A DNA stretch of 64,000 nucleotides, from positions 1,472,001 to 1,536,000 of the forward strand of contig CBDCFN010000016.1 of NCBI GenBank assembly GCA_965216315.1, read 5' to 3'. Source of the DNA: a bacterium (lineage in GTDB: Bacteria > UBA10199 > 2-02-FULL-50-16 > JAJFLM01). Shown here one piece after another: positions 53,258 to 62,862 of the stretch (its first letter is position 1; each line of letters starts with the position of its first letter). A program made the position numbers and the translations under genes. The notes under the pieces were generated by a model. It did no database searches. It worked only from the letters and a program-made list of their open reading frames with translations, and was not told where the DNA came from.

Positions 53258-53797
53258 ATGTTTGAGAGGAATAAGCGTTTTTTTGTGGGTTTGATCGCCC
53301 TCACCTTTGTAATTTCAGGCTTGAGCGCCTGCAACGAAGTCCCCAGCAAGGCGAACGCCTGGCAGGCCGTCTTCCTGACCAGCGGTCAGGTCTATTACGG
53401 TAAACTCAAGGACTCGAGCGGCCAATTCTATACGCTCGAAGATGTCTATTACATTCGACGCGATGCGCAAGCCGCCGAAGGCGCCCCGCAACTCACGCTC
53501 ATTAAAATGGGCAATGAATTGCACGGACCGGAGGACTCCATTATTCTCAACCGCGATCACATCCTCTACGTCGAACACCTGAAAAAAGATGGGCTCGTTA
53601 CGAAGCGCATCGCGGAGGCCAAAGACGCCGCCGCCAAGGCGCCCGCAGGAGACGCGACCGCACAGGCCGAGACCACCCTGCCCGCCAATCAACTGACGCC
53701 GGAAGAGATGGAACAGTTCAAAGAGTTCCAGAAGTTTCAGGCGGCCAAGAAGGTTCCGGCGGCGGCTGACGCAACGGCGCCGGCGAACAAAGAATAG
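53258..53797 (+). CDS. hypothetical lipoprotein (WQAVFLxxGQVYYG / KxGNELHGP family)
   Basis: Lipobox LSAC; ATG 53258 after GGGAGG. Confidence 0.75.
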   Translation: MFERNKRFFVGLIALTFVISGLSACNEVPSKANAWQAVFLTSGQVYYGKLKDSSGQFYTLEDVYYIRRDAQAAEGAPQLTLIKMGNELHGPEDSIILNRDHILYVEHLKKDGLVTKRIAEAKDAAAKAPAGDATAQAETTLPANQLTPEEMEQFKEFQKFQAAKKVPAAADATAPANKE

Positions 53798-54604
53798 CTA
53801 CAAGAGCGAACGCAGCCACTCATTAAACGCCGCTGACTCCTCCCAGAAAGGAGCGTGGGCCGAGTTTTCAAACCACTTGACGGGTACATCCGGTAATAAC
53901 GCGGCGACGTCCCTTGCCGCGCTTTGGTAAAAGCCGTGCCGGCCGAGTGCCAGGTGCTGCTTTCCTTGATAAGTCGCGGCCTCCGTCCGAAAGTCGGACT
54001 CCGCCATGTCGCGATACACACTCAGCACTGAGTCGAGCGGTAAGGCCAAGGCGTCTTGCAACCATGAATCTATGCGGGCGACCCGTTGGGTCGCCCCTAC
54101 ATTGCAAATGACCCGTTCAATGAATTTTCTCGTAGCCCGTTCCCGATCCCGTCGCATCGAGGCCTCGACACCGTCGACCATCGTCTCCCGCGGATCCATT
54201 TGGGGAACCATTTCGATGTTGATCAGACTACTAAACGGCCCTGCACCGAACAGCTGTAAATATTTCCAAAAGACACTGACGCCCATCGACCAACCGATAT
54301 ATGACATTTGTAGGGGCGCTGCTTGCCGGCCAATCGCAGAGCTCTCGGCACCTGGGGCACCAGAGGTGCTGAGCCGCGCCCCTACATGTTCTATCAATTT
54401 ATGAAGGGCTTGGGCGCAATGTTCGAGGGTTAAGGGGATATGACCGGGACCTTCCGACGGAAGGTCCCATAAGATGAGACGGTAACGATCGGCCAAGGCG
54501 CGCTGATATTCCCACACCTTGCGCGACATCATCCAACCATGCGTCAAAACGAGGGTCGGGCCGTTACCGATTATTTCGTAATTAATTGGCATACGCCCCT
54601 GCAA
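53798..54604 (-). CDS. alpha/beta hydrolase (BioH-like) carrying two in-frame REP insertions
   Basis: LTHGW, GWSMG nucleophile elbow, SAHAPFWE; start may be ATG 54592. Confidence 0.82.
   Translation of the reverse strand: MQGRMPINYEIIGNGPTLVLTHGWMMSRKVWEYQRALADRYRLILWDLPSEGPGHIPLTLEHCAQALHKLIEHVGARLSTSGAPGAESSAIGRQAAPLQMSYIGWSMGVSVFWKYLQLFGAGPFSSLINIEMVPQMDPRETMVDGVEASMRRDRERATRKFIERVICNVGATQRVARIDSWLQDALALPLDSVLSVYRDMAESDFRTEAATYQGKQHLALGRHGFYQSAARDVAALLPDVPVKWFENSAHAPFWEESAAFNEWLRSLL
54074..54100 (-). repeat. REP inside coding sequence
   Basis: Reverse complement GTAGGGGCGACCCAACGGGTCGCCCGC is identical to 46103-46129. Confidence 0.9.
54310..54385. repeat. inverted REP pair (REPIN-like) inside coding sequence
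   Basis: GTAGGGGCGC...GCGCCCCTAC ends. Confidence 0.8.
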
Positions 54605-54607
54605 TAA

Positions 54608-54811
54608 TCAGGATTCCAAGATAAAGGTGATTTTTACCTCGATGCGGTATTCGCTGATTTTGCCGTCTTGAACTTTGGCTTTTTGAGAGAGGACCTCAGC
54701 TCCCGTGATACCTCGCAGGGTTTTTGAAGCCCTATCTACCGCGATCGACGCGGCCTCCTCCCAACTGCTCGGCGATGACGCCACGACTGTCGTTACACGC
54801 GCTACTGCCAT
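54608..54811 (-). CDS. dodecin-family flavin-binding protein
   Basis: ASSPSSWEEA...RASKTLRGI...ISEYRIEVKITF. Confidence 0.9.
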   Translation of the reverse strand: MAVARVTTVVASSPSSWEEAASIAVDRASKTLRGITGAEVLSQKAKVQDGKISEYRIEVKITFILES

Positions 54812-54813
54812 GA

Positions 54814-55554
54814 TTAATCTCCTTCATGGGGGCTTGCGTCGCCCCCTCCGGTCGGCAAAGCCGCCGGAGCCTCCCCCTCGCGCTCACGTTGCTCGCTAGG
54901 TGAAGAATTATCATCCACAATTATCGGTTTCTGTCTTTCCAAGACTTCCTGAAAAAAACTCAAGATGTAATGCACGCCGGAACCCAATGAAATAATCACC
55001 GTGATCGCAATCAGCACATTCGCGACGGCACCAAAGTTAACACCCCAAGTCGGATAGTATACTAAATAACCTCCAAGCGCGAAGGCCTCGACAATGCTCT
55101 TACGTTTTCCCCACTGACTCGCCGCAATTACGATATCTTCACTGATCGCCATTCCACGCAGACCCGTAATCGCAATCTCCCGGGAAATAAGGATGATGGG
55201 AATCCACGCTGAAATCCGCCCCATCGGAATCAGCATAATTAAGATCGCCGACGTTACGAGTTTATCCGCTAAAGGGTCTAGAAACTTGCCGAAATTGCCC
55301 GTACTCTCCCGGCGCCGCGCAATGTAACCGTCAATCATATCCGTCACGGCACTCAAGATGTAGAGGATAACCACCATCCAATTAAGGAATAGATCCGTAC
55401 GGCTCGGCACTTCGGAGGCCGGCGAGATAAACGACATCAAAACCAACAGCAAAGGGATGCTCGCGATGCGACCATAGGTAAGATAATTGGCCAGACCCAG
55501 CAGGTGCTTTTTCTTCATGCGCCGGCGTTCACGCGCTCGCTCCATCCAAGACAT
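54814..55554 (-). CDS. pgsA: CDP-diacylglycerol--glycerol-3-phosphate 3-phosphatidyltransferase
   Basis: NYLTYGRI, DMIDGYIARR...GKFLDPLADK, REIAITGLR; start uncertain. Confidence 0.9.
   Translation of the reverse strand: MSWMERARERRRMKKKHLLGLANYLTYGRIASIPLLLVLMSFISPASEVPSRTDLFLNWMVVILYILSAVTDMIDGYIARRRESTGNFGKFLDPLADKLVTSAILIMLIPMGRISAWIPIILISREIAITGLRGMAISEDIVIAASQWGKRKSIVEAFALGGYLVYYPTWGVNFGAVANVLIAITVIISLGSGVHYILSFFQEVLERQKPIIVDDNSSPSEQREREGEAPAALPTGGGDASPHEGD
54829..54900. repeat. ~72-bp GC-rich dispersed element, copy 1 (in the pgsA 3' end)
   Basis: GGGGCTTGCGTCGCCCCCTCC...GGCAAAGCC...GGAGCCTCCCC...CTCGCTAGG matches 59853-59922. Confidence 0.85.
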
Positions 55555-55648
55555 GGGCACTATGATTAACATTGTGATCGATATATGGCAATTAGGAACG
55601 TAGGGGCAAAACATTGCTTCTGACAACCGAATGCCCTACAGTCACCCC

Positions 55649-57223
55649 ATGCAACGCCAGACGGATTTTCTCATCATCGGTTCCGGCATCGCCGGACTCT
55701 CTTATGCATTGGATGTTGCTGATTCAGGTCAGGTTCTCATCGTGACCAAAAAGGGGCGTGCGGACTCCAATACCAATTTTGCCCAGGGCGGCATCGCTGC
55801 AGTGACCGCCGCACAAGATTCCTTCGAAAATCATACGCAGGACACTTTAGCGGCAGGTGCCGGGCTGTGCCACGAAGACATCGTTGACCTCGTCGTGCAT
55901 GAAGGCCCCACCCAAATACAACGACTGATTGATTGGGGTGTTGCCTTCACACGCCAACAAGATGGCGATTACGACCTCGGCCGCGAAGGCGGTCACTCCG
56001 CACGGCGCATTCTCCATGCCAAAGACATGACCGGCCACGCAATCGAGGGCGCGCTACTCGAGGCCATTCGTCAGCATCCCCAGATCGAATTACTCGAAAA
56101 TCATTTCGCGATTGATTTAATTTGCACCACCAACGATAGCAAAACCCGTTGTCGCGGTGCCTATGTATTGGATACGCAGTCCGGCGAAGTCATATCGGTG
56201 AGCTCACGGTCCACCCTGTTGGCATCCGGTGGCGCGGGCAAAGTTTATCTTTATACTTCCAACCCGGACATCGCGACGGGCGACGGCATGGCGATGGCTT
56301 ATCGCGCAGGCGCCAAACTGGCCAACCTGGAGTTTGTCCAGTTTCATCCGACCTGCCTTTATCATCCTGAAGCGAAATCATTCTTGATCTCCGAAGCCAT
56401 TCGCGGTGAAGGCGCCTTACTGAAACTCCCCAACGGTGAACGCTTTATGCCCCGCTACGATAACCAAGAAGAACTGGCACCGCGTGATATCGTGGCACGC
56501 GCCATTGATAATGAAATGAAAACGGGCGGCATTGATCACGTGCTCTTGGATATCACCAATCGCAAGGCCTCCTGGGTGAAAGAGCGCTTTCCCAATACTT
56601 ATGAACGCTGCCGTGAGTACGGCATTGATATCACGCAACAAGCCATTCCCGTCGTCCCGGCCGCCCATTATTTTTGTGGGGGAGTGGTAACGGACCATGA
56701 AGGTCGCACCAGCCTGCCGGGCCTGTTTGCTGCGGGCGAAACGGCATGCACCGGTCTTCACGGCGCCAACCGGTTGGCGAGCAACTCGTTGCTGGAAGCC
56801 CTGGTATTTTCCGCGCGTGCCGCCCAAGCAGCGATTCAAGAATTATCCGCAGAGACATCGCCGGCAGCTCCCATCCCCGAATGGGATCCGGGCCAAGCCA
56901 CCGATAGCGATGAAGAAGTTGTCATCTCTCAAAACTGGGAAGAAATTCGCCGCCTCATGTGGAACTACGTCGGCATCGTGCGCACGGACAAACGCTTGGA
57001 ACGAGCCCTCAACCGCGTCCTGTTGCTGCGCAAAGAAATCCATGAATACTACTGGAACTTTCGCATCACTTCCGACCTGCTCGAATTGCGCAACATCGCC
57101 GAGTTGGCCGAGTTGACCATCCGCTGTGCCCAATCCCGCAAGGAGTCTCGTGGACTCCACTACACAACGGATTATCCTGAACCAAGACAGGAGTTCTCCA
57201 AAGACACGGTTATTGTTCGGTAG
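55649..57223 (+). CDS. nadB: L-aspartate oxidase
   Basis: IIGSGIAGL, AQGGIAA, REGGHSARRILH, QFHPT, ELAPRDIVAR, GLHGANRLASNSLLE, ESRGLH. Confidence 0.95.
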   Translation: MQRQTDFLIIGSGIAGLSYALDVADSGQVLIVTKKGRADSNTNFAQGGIAAVTAAQDSFENHTQDTLAAGAGLCHEDIVDLVVHEGPTQIQRLIDWGVAFTRQQDGDYDLGREGGHSARRILHAKDMTGHAIEGALLEAIRQHPQIELLENHFAIDLICTTNDSKTRCRGAYVLDTQSGEVISVSSRSTLLASGGAGKVYLYTSNPDIATGDGMAMAYRAGAKLANLEFVQFHPTCLYHPEAKSFLISEAIRGEGALLKLPNGERFMPRYDNQEELAPRDIVARAIDNEMKTGGIDHVLLDITNRKASWVKERFPNTYERCREYGIDITQQAIPVVPAAHYFCGGVVTDHEGRTSLPGLFAAGETACTGLHGANRLASNSLLEALVFSARAAQAAIQELSAETSPAAPIPEWDPGQATDSDEEVVISQNWEEIRRLMWNYVGIVRTDKRLERALNRVLLLRKEIHEYYWNFRITSDLLELRNIAELAELTIRCAQSRKESRGLHYTTDYPEPRQEFSKDTVIVR

Positions 57224-57237
57224 GGGCGCAGCAAGAA

Positions 57238-57864
57238 TTAACGCAACGCACTCGAATAAGGGCGGCGCAGACTACTCAAATCCCAATCCAGCGTCGAATC
57301 AGCCGGCACTCCAATCATTTTAAGCTGAGCCTTTTGCGTCAATGAAGTAATGCGTTTCGGAAACTTCACCTCATAAAGCTTTGACCAACGATCGATGTAA
57401 GGAAATAACGTGCGCGTCACCTGATTTTTGGGGATGTCTTCCCATTTTTCCGGTTCAACTAAAGTCCCCTCGGATGTTTCCATGACCAGGCGCCAGAGAC
57501 TGCGGTCCTTGCCCAGATCGGGGAACACCCGACTGCCCGCGTAAATCGCCACGATAAAAGAATCATATTTTTCCGCCTCGCTGTTTTCTTCTAATTTGAG
57601 GCGCTCAATATCGGCCGACTGGAGTTGATAGAGTTTTGCATAGCGTTCGACCTTGGCATGACGAAAGTCGCGGCTTAAATAAGTCGCATGCCACACCATG
57701 CGGGCTTCGAGGCCATCTTTCCAGTTGTACGCCTCGGCATCGCGCGTCCAGTCACTCAGTACACTTTTGTAGGAATCCTGCTGACGACGACCGGCCCAAC
57801 CCAAGCTTGGGACCGACAGGCTGAGCACGAGCAAGGCCAGCAGTATGCGCTGATAGTTCTTCAT
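57238..57864 (-). CDS. hypothetical exported protein
   Basis: Signal peptide MKNYQRILLALLVLSLSVPSLGWA; ATG 57864 after GGAGG. Confidence 0.7.
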   Translation of the reverse strand: MKNYQRILLALLVLSLSVPSLGWAGRRQQDSYKSVLSDWTRDAEAYNWKDGLEARMVWHATYLSRDFRHAKVERYAKLYQLQSADIERLKLEENSEAEKYDSFIVAIYAGSRVFPDLGKDRSLWRLVMETSEGTLVEPEKWEDIPKNQVTRTLFPYIDRWSKLYEVKFPKRITSLTQKAQLKMIGVPADSTLDWDLSSLRRPYSSALR

Positions 57865-57917
57865 AATGCTCCTCCAATTCGGCCTAGCGACCGAATTGTT
57901 GCGTCGGCCTGACACGA

Positions 57918-58760
57918 TCAGGCCTGCAATTGTTGCTGAAGCCAAGATTCCATATCCTTGAAAACGGCTAAATTGTCAACTTCATTAAACAATTCGTGAT
58001 AATAGCCCTCGTAGAATTTGAGAACCTTGTCAGCCGAAGCGCAGTCTTCATAGAACTCTTGCGTCGCCTGCGGATCACTGATTTGATCATCCCCGGCGTG
58101 CATAAACAGGCAGGGAAGCGTAAATTCCTGCGCAATCTGCGGCATCAGGGCCTGATTCGCAAACATCTCACTCGCCATCCGGACGGTAATCGACCGATTG
58201 ATCAACGGATCGTTGGCATAGGCCTCCACTTCATCCGGATCATGGGACACCAGTTCGGCAACAAGACCCGCATCCATCGCCAAACTGGGAACAACATGGG
58301 ACAAGAGTTGGCCGACTTGTTTTTTCAGCCAGGGCACGGGCATGGCCAAACGCAAATTCGGTGAACTGACGATGACACCATCAATGCCATCATCGCCATG
58401 GCGGGCCCCATAAGTCAGTGCAACCTGACCACCAAAACTGTGCCCAATGAGAAAAAGTTTTTTATCACCTTCTTTTTTACGAATATGCTGAATGATACGG
58501 TCCAAGTCGCCTAAAAAGCGCGCGAAACTCTCGGTATGCGCACGGCGCCCTCCGCTGTGCCCGTGGCCCCGTTGATCATAAGCGTAAATCGTATAGCCCC
58601 GCTCACTAAAGTATTTGACCGGATGTCTTAAACGACCGGAATGCTCGCTAAAACCGTGAATAAAGAGCAATATCGGCCGCCCTTCTTCTCCCGGCCAACG
58701 GCGGTAGAATAATGACAAGCCATTTTCACTCTTGATCTTACCCGTTGAAGCTTTTGCCAT
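57918..58760 (-). CDS. lysophospholipase / monoacylglycerol lipase (alpha/beta hydrolase)
   Basis: HGFSEHSGR, DQRGHGHS, GHSFGG, HELFNE. Confidence 0.9.
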   Translation of the reverse strand: MAKASTGKIKSENGLSLFYRRWPGEEGRPILLFIHGFSEHSGRLRHPVKYFSERGYTIYAYDQRGHGHSGGRRAHTESFARFLGDLDRIIQHIRKKEGDKKLFLIGHSFGGQVALTYGARHGDDGIDGVIVSSPNLRLAMPVPWLKKQVGQLLSHVVPSLAMDAGLVAELVSHDPDEVEAYANDPLINRSITVRMASEMFANQALMPQIAQEFTLPCLFMHAGDDQISDPQATQEFYEDCASADKVLKFYEGYYHELFNEVDNLAVFKDMESWLQQQLQA

Positions 58761-59848
58761 CAGCGCTGCTTTCGTAAGCGTGGTTCACTCTCTTTGGCCT
58801 CTTCCGCAAACTCTTCTAATATCTTCGTTTCACGGCGCGAAAGTTTTTGCGGTGTTTTCACAAAGACATGCAAGATTAAATCTCCTCTTTTACCGGAACG
58901 CACATGCGGAACACCCAATCGTTTTATTTTTACCGTCTCTCCCGTCTGAATGCCGCGACCCACTTCAACTTCTTTGGGTCCATCGAGACTTTCTATCGCC
59001 ACATGGGCGCCAAGAGCTGCTTGTACCATAGATAGTTCCAATTCGGCATGCAAATCTTGCCCCTCCCGCCAATAAAGCTCGTGGGGCTGAACGTGAATAT
59101 TAACGTACAGATCACCGGCCGGACCGTTCCCGGCGCCGACCTCCCCTTCACCCCGGAGGACCAAACGTGTATCGGTATCAACTCCCGGCGGAACCTTGAC
59201 CTTGATGCTTTTCTTTTTCTCGCCCAGGCCCGAACCCTGACACGTCGTACAAGGATCCGTAATAAATTTTCCCTGACCGCGGCATTGAGGACAGGTGCTC
59301 TGCACCGAAAAAAAGCCTTGATTGACGCGAACCTGCCCATGGCCGTCACATTGCGGACAGGTTTGTTCCTGACTCTCCGGTGCCGCGCCGGACCCGCCGC
59401 AATCATCACAGCTCACCCGTTTTAAAAATTCGATTTCATGTTCACTGCCAAAGACAGCCTCAGCAAAGGGAATGACGAGGTTGTAGGACAAGTCGACACC
59501 CCGTTGACGCCGCGACCGCCCCCCGGGCCCACGCCCCCCCGAAAAGCCGAAAAAATCCTCAAAGATATCGCCAAAATGCGCAAAGATTTCTTCGGCATCG
59601 GTATAATGATGAACGCCCGCTCCCCCTAAGCCGGCATGACCATGCCGGTCATAGAGCTGCCGCTTTTGGCTATCGGAAAGGACCTCATAGGCCTCAGCCG
59701 CCTCTTTAAACCGGTCCTCAGCCGCCTTATCTCCGGGGTTGCGATCCGGATGGCACTCGAAGGCGATCTTGCGATAGGACTTTTTGATCTCGCCATCGCT
59801 CGCGGTCCGACTCACCTCTAAAATTTCATAATAATCCCTTTTAGACAT
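58760..59848 (-). CDS. dnaJ: chaperone DnaJ
   Basis: J domain with HPD, G/F region, four CxxCxGxG repeats. Confidence 0.96.
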   Translation of the reverse strand: MSKRDYYEILEVSRTASDGEIKKSYRKIAFECHPDRNPGDKAAEDRFKEAAEAYEVLSDSQKRQLYDRHGHAGLGGAGVHHYTDAEEIFAHFGDIFEDFFGFSGGRGPGGRSRRQRGVDLSYNLVIPFAEAVFGSEHEIEFLKRVSCDDCGGSGAAPESQEQTCPQCDGHGQVRVNQGFFSVQSTCPQCRGQGKFITDPCTTCQGSGLGEKKKSIKVKVPPGVDTDTRLVLRGEGEVGAGNGPAGDLYVNIHVQPHELYWREGQDLHAELELSMVQAALGAHVAIESLDGPKEVEVGRGIQTGETVKIKRLGVPHVRSGKRGDLILHVFVKTPQKLSRRETKILEEFAEEAKESEPRLRKQR

Positions 59849-59852
59849 AATA

Positions 59853-59922
59853 GGGGCTCACGTCGCCCCCTCCACCGGCAAAGCCGTCGGAGCCTCCCCT
59901 CTCGCTCGTTTTACTCGCTAGG
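59853..59922. repeat. ~70-bp GC-rich dispersed element, copy 2 (immediately upstream of dnaJ)
   Basis: Matches 54829-54900 in the same orientation. Confidence 0.85.
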
Positions 59923-60163
59923 GTTTGGTACAGGGCAGTCGTAAAGTATCCTGAATTTCACTGCTGTCAACGGCTGGCATTAAAAAGTCGCGGCCCTTCT
60001 TGGACTTAATGCTCATCTGCAAGTCTTGACATTCGCTCTCCCATGCTTAGTTTAAGGGCGCAAGCGGACTTTAGGGTGATTTTTGCCCGCGGACAACTTT
60101 AATCTATTGGCTAATGTACTTTTTTCAACATACTGATTTATAAGGATTTATTGAGGAGATATT

Positions 60164-62083
60164 ATGAGCAAGATAATTGGGATCGATCTGGGAACAACCA
60201 ATTCAGTCGTCGCGGTGATGGAGGGGAGCGAACCCAAGGTCATCGTCAATGAAGAAGGGGCCCGCACCACGCCTTCTGTCGTCGCCTTTAGTAAGGATGG
60301 TGAAATCCTGGTCGGTCAGGTCGCCAAACGTCAGGCCATTACCAACCCCGAGCATACCATTTACTCGATCAAGCGCTTCATGGGCCGTAAATTTGATGAG
60401 GTCCCCGAAGAAGCCAAGATGGTTCCCTATGAAGTCGTGAAGGGCGAAAATAATGATGCCCAAATCAAAATTGACAAAGAAAGCTATTCGCCGCCTGAAA
60501 TCTCCGCCAAGATACTCCAAAAACTGCGCCGCGCCGCTGAAGATTATCTAGGCGAAAAGGTCACGGAAGCCGTTATCACGGTCCCGGCTTATTTCAATGA
60601 TAGTCAGCGCCAAGCCACCAAAGACGCCGGTAAAATCGCCGGCCTTGACGTCAAGCGTATCATCAACGAACCCACTGCGGCAGCACTGGCGTATGGGCTG
60701 GACAAGAAAAAAGATGAACTGATCGCCGTCTTCGACTTTGGTGGCGGTACCTTTGACATCTCTATTCTCGAAGTCGGCGAAAACCTTGTGGAAGTTGTTT
60801 CGACCAATGGTGACACGCACCTCGGTGGTGACAACATCGACCAAAAAGTCATCGACTTCCTGATTGCAGAATTCAAGAAGGATCAAGGCATCGATGTTTC
60901 CAGTGACAAAATGGTCCTGCAGCGCCTCAAAGAAGCGGCAGAAAAGGCCAAGATCGAGCTGTCCAGCGTCATGGAAACGGAAATCAACCTCCCCTTCTTA
61001 ACCGCGGACGCATCCGGCCCTAAGCACATGAACGTCAAGTTGACGCGTGCGAAGTTTGAATCTTTGTGCGAAGACCTCTTTCTTCGCACGCTGGAACCTT
61101 GCAAAAAGGCCTTAGCGGACGCCGACAAGAAAGCTGCCGAAATTGATGAAGTGATTCTCGTCGGTGGTTCCACGCGTATTCCGCGCGTTGTCGAAGAAAT
61201 CAAAAAATTCTTCGGTAAGGACCCGCACAAAGGCGTCAATCCCGACGAAGTCGTCGCACTTGGTGCCGCGGTTCAAGGCGGCGTACTCAGAGGTGACGTT
61301 AAAGATGTGTTACTTCTCGATGTCACCCCGCTCACCCTCGGCATTGAAACACTCGGTGGCGTGATGACAAAGCTCATCGACCGCAATACGACCATCCCGA
61401 CCCGCAAGAGTCAGACATTTTCAACCGCTGCCGACAATCAGAGCAGTGTTGAAATCCACGTCTTGCAAGGGGAACGCGATATGGCCACCGGCAATCGCAC
61501 CCTTGGTAAATTCATCTTAGATGGACTCCCTCCCGCACCACGTGGCGTCCCTCAAGTTGAAGTCACCTTTGATATTGATGCCAACGGTATCGTCAACGTC
61601 TCCGCCAAAGACATGGCGACCGGCAAGGCACAGCATATTACCATCGAAGCATCCAGCGGACTCTCTAAGGATGAAATTGATAATCTCGTTAAGGATGCCG
61701 AGGCCCATGAATCAGAGGACAAGGCCAAACGCGAAGAAGTTGAGGTCAAAAACCAAGCGGATTCACTGGTCTATACAACGGAAAAGACTCTCAATGAGAA
61801 CAAGGATAAGATCTCTGCAGATGTTACCAAAAGCATTGAAAGCGCTCTTGAGGCCTGCAAAAAGGCCATTGAAAGCGGTAATATTGACGACATAAAAAAG
61901 GAGAGCGAAGCCTTGACTCAAGCGTCCCATAAAATGGCCGAGGAATTATACAAGGCCAGTGCCGAAACCGCGCAAGAGGCGAGCACCGAAGGCAGTGAAA
62001 CGCCACCGGAGGCGGATACCGGCGACAGCAAGGCCAAAGACGAAGACGTTGTCGATGCCGAATTTGAAGAAGCTGACGAGTAA
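60164..62083 (+). CDS. dnaK: chaperone DnaK
   Basis: [45 protein letters not shown]. Confidence 0.98.
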   Translation: MSKIIGIDLGTTNSVVAVMEGSEPKVIVNEEGARTTPSVVAFSKDGEILVGQVAKRQAITNPEHTIYSIKRFMGRKFDEVPEEAKMVPYEVVKGENNDAQIKIDKESYSPPEISAKILQKLRRAAEDYLGEKVTEAVITVPAYFNDSQRQATKDAGKIAGLDVKRIINEPTAAALAYGLDKKKDELIAVFDFGGGTFDISILEVGENLVEVVSTNGDTHLGGDNIDQKVIDFLIAEFKKDQGIDVSSDKMVLQRLKEAAEKAKIELSSVMETEINLPFLTADASGPKHMNVKLTRAKFESLCEDLFLRTLEPCKKALADADKKAAEIDEVILVGGSTRIPRVVEEIKKFFGKDPHKGVNPDEVVALGAAVQGGVLRGDVKDVLLLDVTPLTLGIETLGGVMTKLIDRNTTIPTRKSQTFSTAADNQSSVEIHVLQGERDMATGNRTLGKFILDGLPPAPRGVPQVEVTFDIDANGIVNVSAKDMATGKAQHITIEASSGLSKDEIDNLVKDAEAHESEDKAKREEVEVKNQADSLVYTTEKTLNENKDKISADVTKSIESALEACKKAIESGNIDDIKKESEALTQASHKMAEELYKASAETAQEASTEGSETPPEADTGDSKAKDEDVVDAEFEEADE

Positions 62084-62091
62084 GGGCCTCC

Positions 62092-62862
62092 ATGCTGATA
62101 GGAGCTGTTCCCTACATCAATGCGATACCACTGCTGCGCGGGCTCAAGGACGACGTGCGCAAGGCCCCACCGGCAGTGCTCGATCGGCTCCTGCGACTCG
62201 GCGAAATTGATATCGCCACCGCGCCCGTCACCACCTTATTTGAAAATCCGGATTGGTATGCTTTACCCAAGGTCGCGATTGGAACCGAAGGCAGTGCCCG
62301 CAGCGTCTTACTCTGTACCCGTTCACCCGACATAGGCTTTGAAAATGTCCAATCCATTTACTTGGACATGGAATCCAGGACCTCCGCCCATCTGATCAAA
62401 GTTCTGCTCGCCCTTAAGTACGGCCGAAAGCTGGAAGAGCTCCAATTTATCACGCCCATTCCAACAGCGCAGGCGGAAGCCATGATGGTGATCGGCGATA
62501 AAGCCTTAATGGAACATGTAAATCCAAGCTGGCCTGGACAAGTTTTTGACCTTGGCAAGGAATGGACGGAGTGGACGCAACTCCCCTTCGTCTTCGCCTG
62601 TTGGACCTCACGCCGACCCATTATTGATTCGGATCTGGCCATACGCCTGCAACAGCAGCCGGCTCAAAACCTGCCTCAGCTGAATAATTGGATCAATGAG
62701 ATTGAAGACTTTGACAGAGAGCTCCTCACGGAGTACTTTACGGCAAACATGAACTACCGTTTTGAGGGGCGGGAGCAACAGGGCCTGATGACATTCCACC
62801 AGCAGCTTCGTGAGCTCAATCTGACCCGCCAGCCCTTCGAACTCCGTTTTATCGCGCAATAA
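62092..62862 (+). CDS. mqnA: chorismate dehydratase (futalosine pathway)
   Basis: VPYINAIPL, SRTS, IGDKAL, DLGKEWTEWTQLPFVFACW. Confidence 0.88.
   Translation: MLIGAVPYINAIPLLRGLKDDVRKAPPAVLDRLLRLGEIDIATAPVTTLFENPDWYALPKVAIGTEGSARSVLLCTRSPDIGFENVQSIYLDMESRTSAHLIKVLLALKYGRKLEELQFITPIPTAQAEAMMVIGDKALMEHVNPSWPGQVFDLGKEWTEWTQLPFVFACWTSRRPIIDSDLAIRLQQQPAQNLPQLNNWINEIEDFDRELLTEYFTANMNYRFEGREQQGLMTFHQQLRELNLTRQPFELRFIAQ

Noticed and set aside
59925..60163. CIRCE heat-shock operator
   Set aside because: No TTAGCACTC-N9-GAGTGCTAA match seen
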